A stretch of DNA of 64,000 nt, taken from positions 64,001 through 128,000 of the forward strand of contig CAWGRW010000009.1 in the NCBI GenBank assembly GCA_963825135.1. Reading direction: 5' to 3'. Origin of the DNA: an uncultured bacterium. Its GTDB lineage: Bacteria; Desulfobacterota_D; UBA1144; Nemesobacterales; UBA2774. Shown here one piece after another: positions 60,737-64,000 of the stretch (positions are counted from its first letter, which is position 1; every line of letters begins with the position of its first letter). Both the position numbers and the translations under genes were made by a program. The notes under the pieces were generated by a model. That model saw only the letters and a list, made by a program, of their open reading frames with translations, made no database searches and was not told where the DNA came from.

Positions 60737-61489
60737 ATGACGATAAATCGACCGATGATAAAACTGGTCCTCACATTATTCATATGCGCCGGCAGCATCG
60801 CCGCCTGTGCGTCCGCAATAGCCGATACCGCCGGGCAGCCCGTCGTCCTTGAGCTGTTCACGTCCCAGGGCTGTTCTTCATGCCCGCCCGCTGACGAGCT
60901 CATGGGCGCATTGGCCGCGAATCCGAAGGTCCTGCCGCTGTCGTTCCATATCGATTACTGGGACAGGCTGGGATGGAAAGACCCTTATTCCTCCCGCGAG
61001 AATACAGAGCGTCAGGGTAACTATGCAAAGGCGATGGGACTCGATTCCGTTTTCACCCCGCAGCTGATCGTCGACGGCGCCGTATCGGTAGTCGGGTCGA
61101 ACGAGAGCGATGTGCGCGAGGCGATTGTAACGGCCGGCAAGAGCCCGCGCCCCTATAATATCGGAATCCGGCCGGAGAAGACCGGCGGAGGAATGGATAT
61201 CACTGTTTCAGCCGAAAAGACGCCTGCCTCTCCAGGCGGATTAGATATAGTGGAAATCCGCTTCGTGAGCCAGGCCAGAACGGACGTTACCGCCGGCGAA
61301 AACACGGGACGTAATCTGGAGAGTGTCAACAACGTCACATCGATTAATTTTCTCGGCAAATGCCGGGATGAAAAATGCAGTTACAAGTCATCCCCGCTCC
61401 GTTCTCCTGACGACGGAATCGCAGTCATCGCGCAGTCGCCCGACTACGGTCACATCCTGGGCTCGGCCGCGTACAAAACGCCGCGATAG
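60737..61489 (+). CDS. DUF1223 thioredoxin-like secreted protein
   Basis: ELFTSQGCSSCPPAD, HIDYWD-x-LGWKD, FTPQ, GEN. Confidence 0.9.
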   Translation: MTINRPMIKLVLTLFICAGSIAACASAIADTAGQPVVLELFTSQGCSSCPPADELMGALAANPKVLPLSFHIDYWDRLGWKDPYSSRENTERQGNYAKAMGLDSVFTPQLIVDGAVSVVGSNESDVREAIVTAGKSPRPYNIGIRPEKTGGGMDITVSAEKTPASPGGLDIVEIRFVSQARTDVTAGENTGRNLESVNNVTSINFLGKCRDEKCSYKSSPLRSPDDGIAVIAQSPDYGHILGSAAYKTPR

Positions 61490-61548
61490 AACCGAAGCCG
61501 CTGCCGGATAATTTCAAATTGCGGTATTGAGCAGGGCGGAAGAGCTCC

Positions 61549-62857
61549 TCACCCGAACGTCGTAACGAAGTCGTATTCTATTTCGTGGGGGATGTCCGTG
61601 TCGGCGATCACCTTCCTCAGCTCCTCCGGGCAGCCCCGCGGGAGGTCGTCCGTGTCCTCCACCCCGAGCCACCCCCAGCTGTTGACGAAACCCCTGGCCC
61701 TCGTTTCGTTCCCGTCCGCGAAAAGCCTGACGAGGTCCCATGCGAACTCGTCCACCACGGCCTCGAGCGTCTTCACGTCGACGATGAATTTCCCGCCCCA
61801 GGGGTCGTGCCTGATAGCCCCCCTGTCCCTGAAATGCCTGTATGCGAGATAGGCGGAGCCGGTGTCGGGGTGCTTTACGAACCCTTCCCTCCTCATGTAC
61901 CTCAGCATCTCGGCGACCGTGAGGAGATACGCCTTGTGGAGCAGCCCGCCGCTCAATAGACCCCCGGAGAGGTGTTTCATGTTGTAGAGCGCGATCATGT
62001 CCGACTTCAGCTCGTGGAGCACCATATAATTACTGTCGAACTCGGACATCACACGGCCGAGCCTGTCGGCCCCGATGAAATGCCCCGCGTCATGCCCCCT
62101 CAGCCATATGAGCAGGAGCCTCGCGGCCTCGCCCTCGCGAAAGCTCCGCGAGCCCTTCCGCCCCCGCGAGGTAACGGAGCGCGATCTTCTCCGTAAGCGC
62201 CTTGAACCTGGCCGCGTACAGGTTGATGAATACGGTCATACGGGAAAGGGAAGACACGTTCTCCTTCGTCCCTCCCGAGAAGAAAACGCAAATGGGCTTG
62301 TGCCTCACGTCGAGACCGCCAGCGAGGGAGAACACGTCTAGGCATTTTACCCTGGGAAGCTCCCCGTTGAAGACCTTCCCCTTGTACCCGCGCGACGTCA
62401 TGAGCGCCTCGGTGAACCTGCCCATGTTGCTGTCGTATTCCTCGAGCAGTTGGGCGTATTCCCCGTTCTCGATCCCCGCAGCCCCCGCGTAATAGCTCTC
62501 GCCGTCCCCTTCCGAGGAAAACACCTTCCCGATTATCAGCTCCATTGCGCCTTTCACGCGGGCGCTTCCGGCGGCGAGGGGAAAGAGGTCGAATATGCCT
62601 TTTTCGAGTACGGCCACGCCGGATTCGTATCCGGCGCGAGCGTCCCCGGACAGGGAGTCCGCGCCCGCCCGCAGCTTAGCGGTTATTTCGTTCCAGAGAC
62701 CTTTTTCGAGAGAAAGAGTGAGCTCGTTCGAGAGCTGCCTCCTGTAGAGGCCGTCAATAAGCCCGAGCGATTCCGCAAAGGCGCCGGCAGCGCCCTTGAA
62801 CGCACCGGGCAGCGTGACGTGAATATCTTGTTTTAGCGTCTTCCTTGCCGGAGGCAT
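61549..62857 (-). CDS. Hypothetical protein, peptidase M49-like (frameshifted near 62060-62140)
   Basis: Joined frames give WLRGHDAGHF followed by LHELKSD; HExxH-like motif with Asp. Confidence 0.45.
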
Positions 62858-62915
62858 GACCCGGTATTTTAACCGGGAATAAAGGTAGATTTAAACAGGG
62901 AATTTTCAGGCTGAT

Positions 62916-63248
62916 TCAGTCGAGCATTTCTCTTTTTCCGGAGACGACCTCGACTACCGACAGGTATTCGTCGAGCATTTCGAGCGCCTTCTCAATCTCG
63001 GCAGTGTTGCCCGACTTCGCGGCCTCCTCGATGACCTTCCCGATCCTGCCTATCTCCCGGAAACCGTATCCGCCGCCCGCGCCCTTCATACCGTGTCCCA
63101 GTCTCTGCGCTTCTTTAAGGTTCGAGTCCCTGAGGCATTCCCTGATGTTCACGATATCTTTATGCCTGCATTCGAGAAAGAACGGTATGAGGTCCATGAA
63201 ATCAGGGTCCACGTAAACTATCTCTTTCTGGTAACGTTTGCCCGGCAT
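62916..63248 (-). CDS. Hpt domain protein
   Basis: GHGMKGAGGGYGF. Confidence 0.9.
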   Translation of the reverse strand: MPGKRYQKEIVYVDPDFMDLIPFFLECRHKDIVNIRECLRDSNLKEAQRLGHGMKGAGGGYGFREIGRIGKVIEEAAKSGNTAEIEKALEMLDEYLSVVEVVSGKREMLD

Positions 63249-63352
63249 TCGAAGTGCTCCTCCTTAGGCGCGCGCGCGCGCGGTCGTCGCCGATAATAAT
63301 ACACCCGATAGGTTCTCCCGGTAAACTGCAAACAGCCGGTATTTTCCCGGCA

Positions 63353-64000
63353 TTAGAGCTTGGGCTGGTGTTCGGGCTTGAGAAGGTCGAAAACGGTCTT
63401 TACCGGGTTGAAAGTCACGAGCGGCACCTCGACGAAAACGGTATTCCAGAAGGCCATCGTTCCGTTCCAGAGCCCCGGGAGCTCGAGCGCCTTGAGCTCC
63501 CTTCCGTCCTTCGATTTCACGGAAATGAACCCCGCTTCGGGGTCCGTGAACCCGGACAAGTCGAAAGGCTCTCCCCTATGGTCTCTCAGGGCGCATACCA
63601 GGTCCACGGGGTTAAAGTGGGTCGAGGACTCCCACGCGGCCTTTTGACCGGGCGCGGTCATATCCACCTGAGCCGATTCCACAATCTGCTTCGACACGCG
63701 GCCGTCCTTCCCCCTCACCCAGAAAGGCCCTCCCCCGGGCTCTCCCTCGTTCCTCACGACGCCGCACACCCTTAGCGGGCGGGCGAGCGCCGAAACGAGA
63801 GCGGCCGGGTCTTCGCCCCCCGGGCATTCTATGGCGAGCCCCATCCTTCCGAGCTCTCCCAGCTCCGCCGAAACGTCCCCGCGCGAGGCTCCCCCGCCGA
63901 GCTTGCCGAGCGCCGAGAACACGAGGCTCTCGAGCTTCAGCAGATATCCGCCGAGCGCCTTCTTCCAGAGATAAGTCTCGTCCTTGAGCCTGTCCGGCAG
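63353..64000 (-). CDS. DUF4301 family protein, partial
   Basis: RPLRVCGVVRNEGEPGGGPFWV, THFNPVDLVC, ELPGLWNG, TFNPVKTV. Confidence 0.9.
   Translation of the reverse strand: MPDRLKDETYLWKKALGGYLLKLESLVFSALGKLGGGASRGDVSAELGELGRMGLAIECPGGEDPAALVSALARPLRVCGVVRNEGEPGGGPFWVRGKDGRVSKQIVESAQVDMTAPGQKAAWESSTHFNPVDLVCALRDHRGEPFDLSGFTDPEAGFISVKSKDGRELKALELPGLWNGTMAFWNTVFVEVPLVTFNPVKTVFDLLKPEHQPKL

Noticed and set aside
4794..62857. Many frameshifted genes as pseudogenes or programmed frameshifts (GDPD, ABM, IPTL, HO-like, YoaK, SGNH, decarboxylase, fdrA twice, NxxGxxAF twice, M49-like)
   Set aside because: The indels are scattered over unrelated genes, mostly without slippery motifs, and both halves stay well conserved with no in-frame stops. 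Assembly error is the simplest explanation; read polishing would confirm.

Overview
This is a GC-rich bacterial window. An IPTL-CTERM protein and the gene style suggest Ca. Dadabacteria/Desulfobacterota (inference only). About a dozen genes are broken by single-base indels, most likely assembly errors. The centrepiece is a 19-gene, ~18-kb co-directional minus-strand cluster (28763-46703) with three divergent partner genes. It contains five Nit1C/MSMEG_0565-0572-type genes (GNAT, AIR-synthase-like, DsrE-like, radical SAM, glycosyltransferase) but no nitrilase. It also carries an AllFGH-like carbamoyltransferase set (FdrA, DUF1116, DUF2877), carbamate kinase, a mini-FdrA, thiol-redox proteins, a methyltransferase and three PLP enzymes, one with His in place of the catalytic Lys. 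Other content: feoAB with a Fur-like box, an ECF sigma/periplasmic sensor operon, an RHH gene plus a HicA-HicB fusion within a REP-like repeat mosaic around tRNA-Ser(GCT), an AT-rich C1-peptidase pair before tRNA-Arg(ACG), tandem repeats of the tRNA-Arg 3' end, a Tat GMC oxidoreductase, a P1B-5 ATPase-hemerythrin and an effector-less STAND NTPase.
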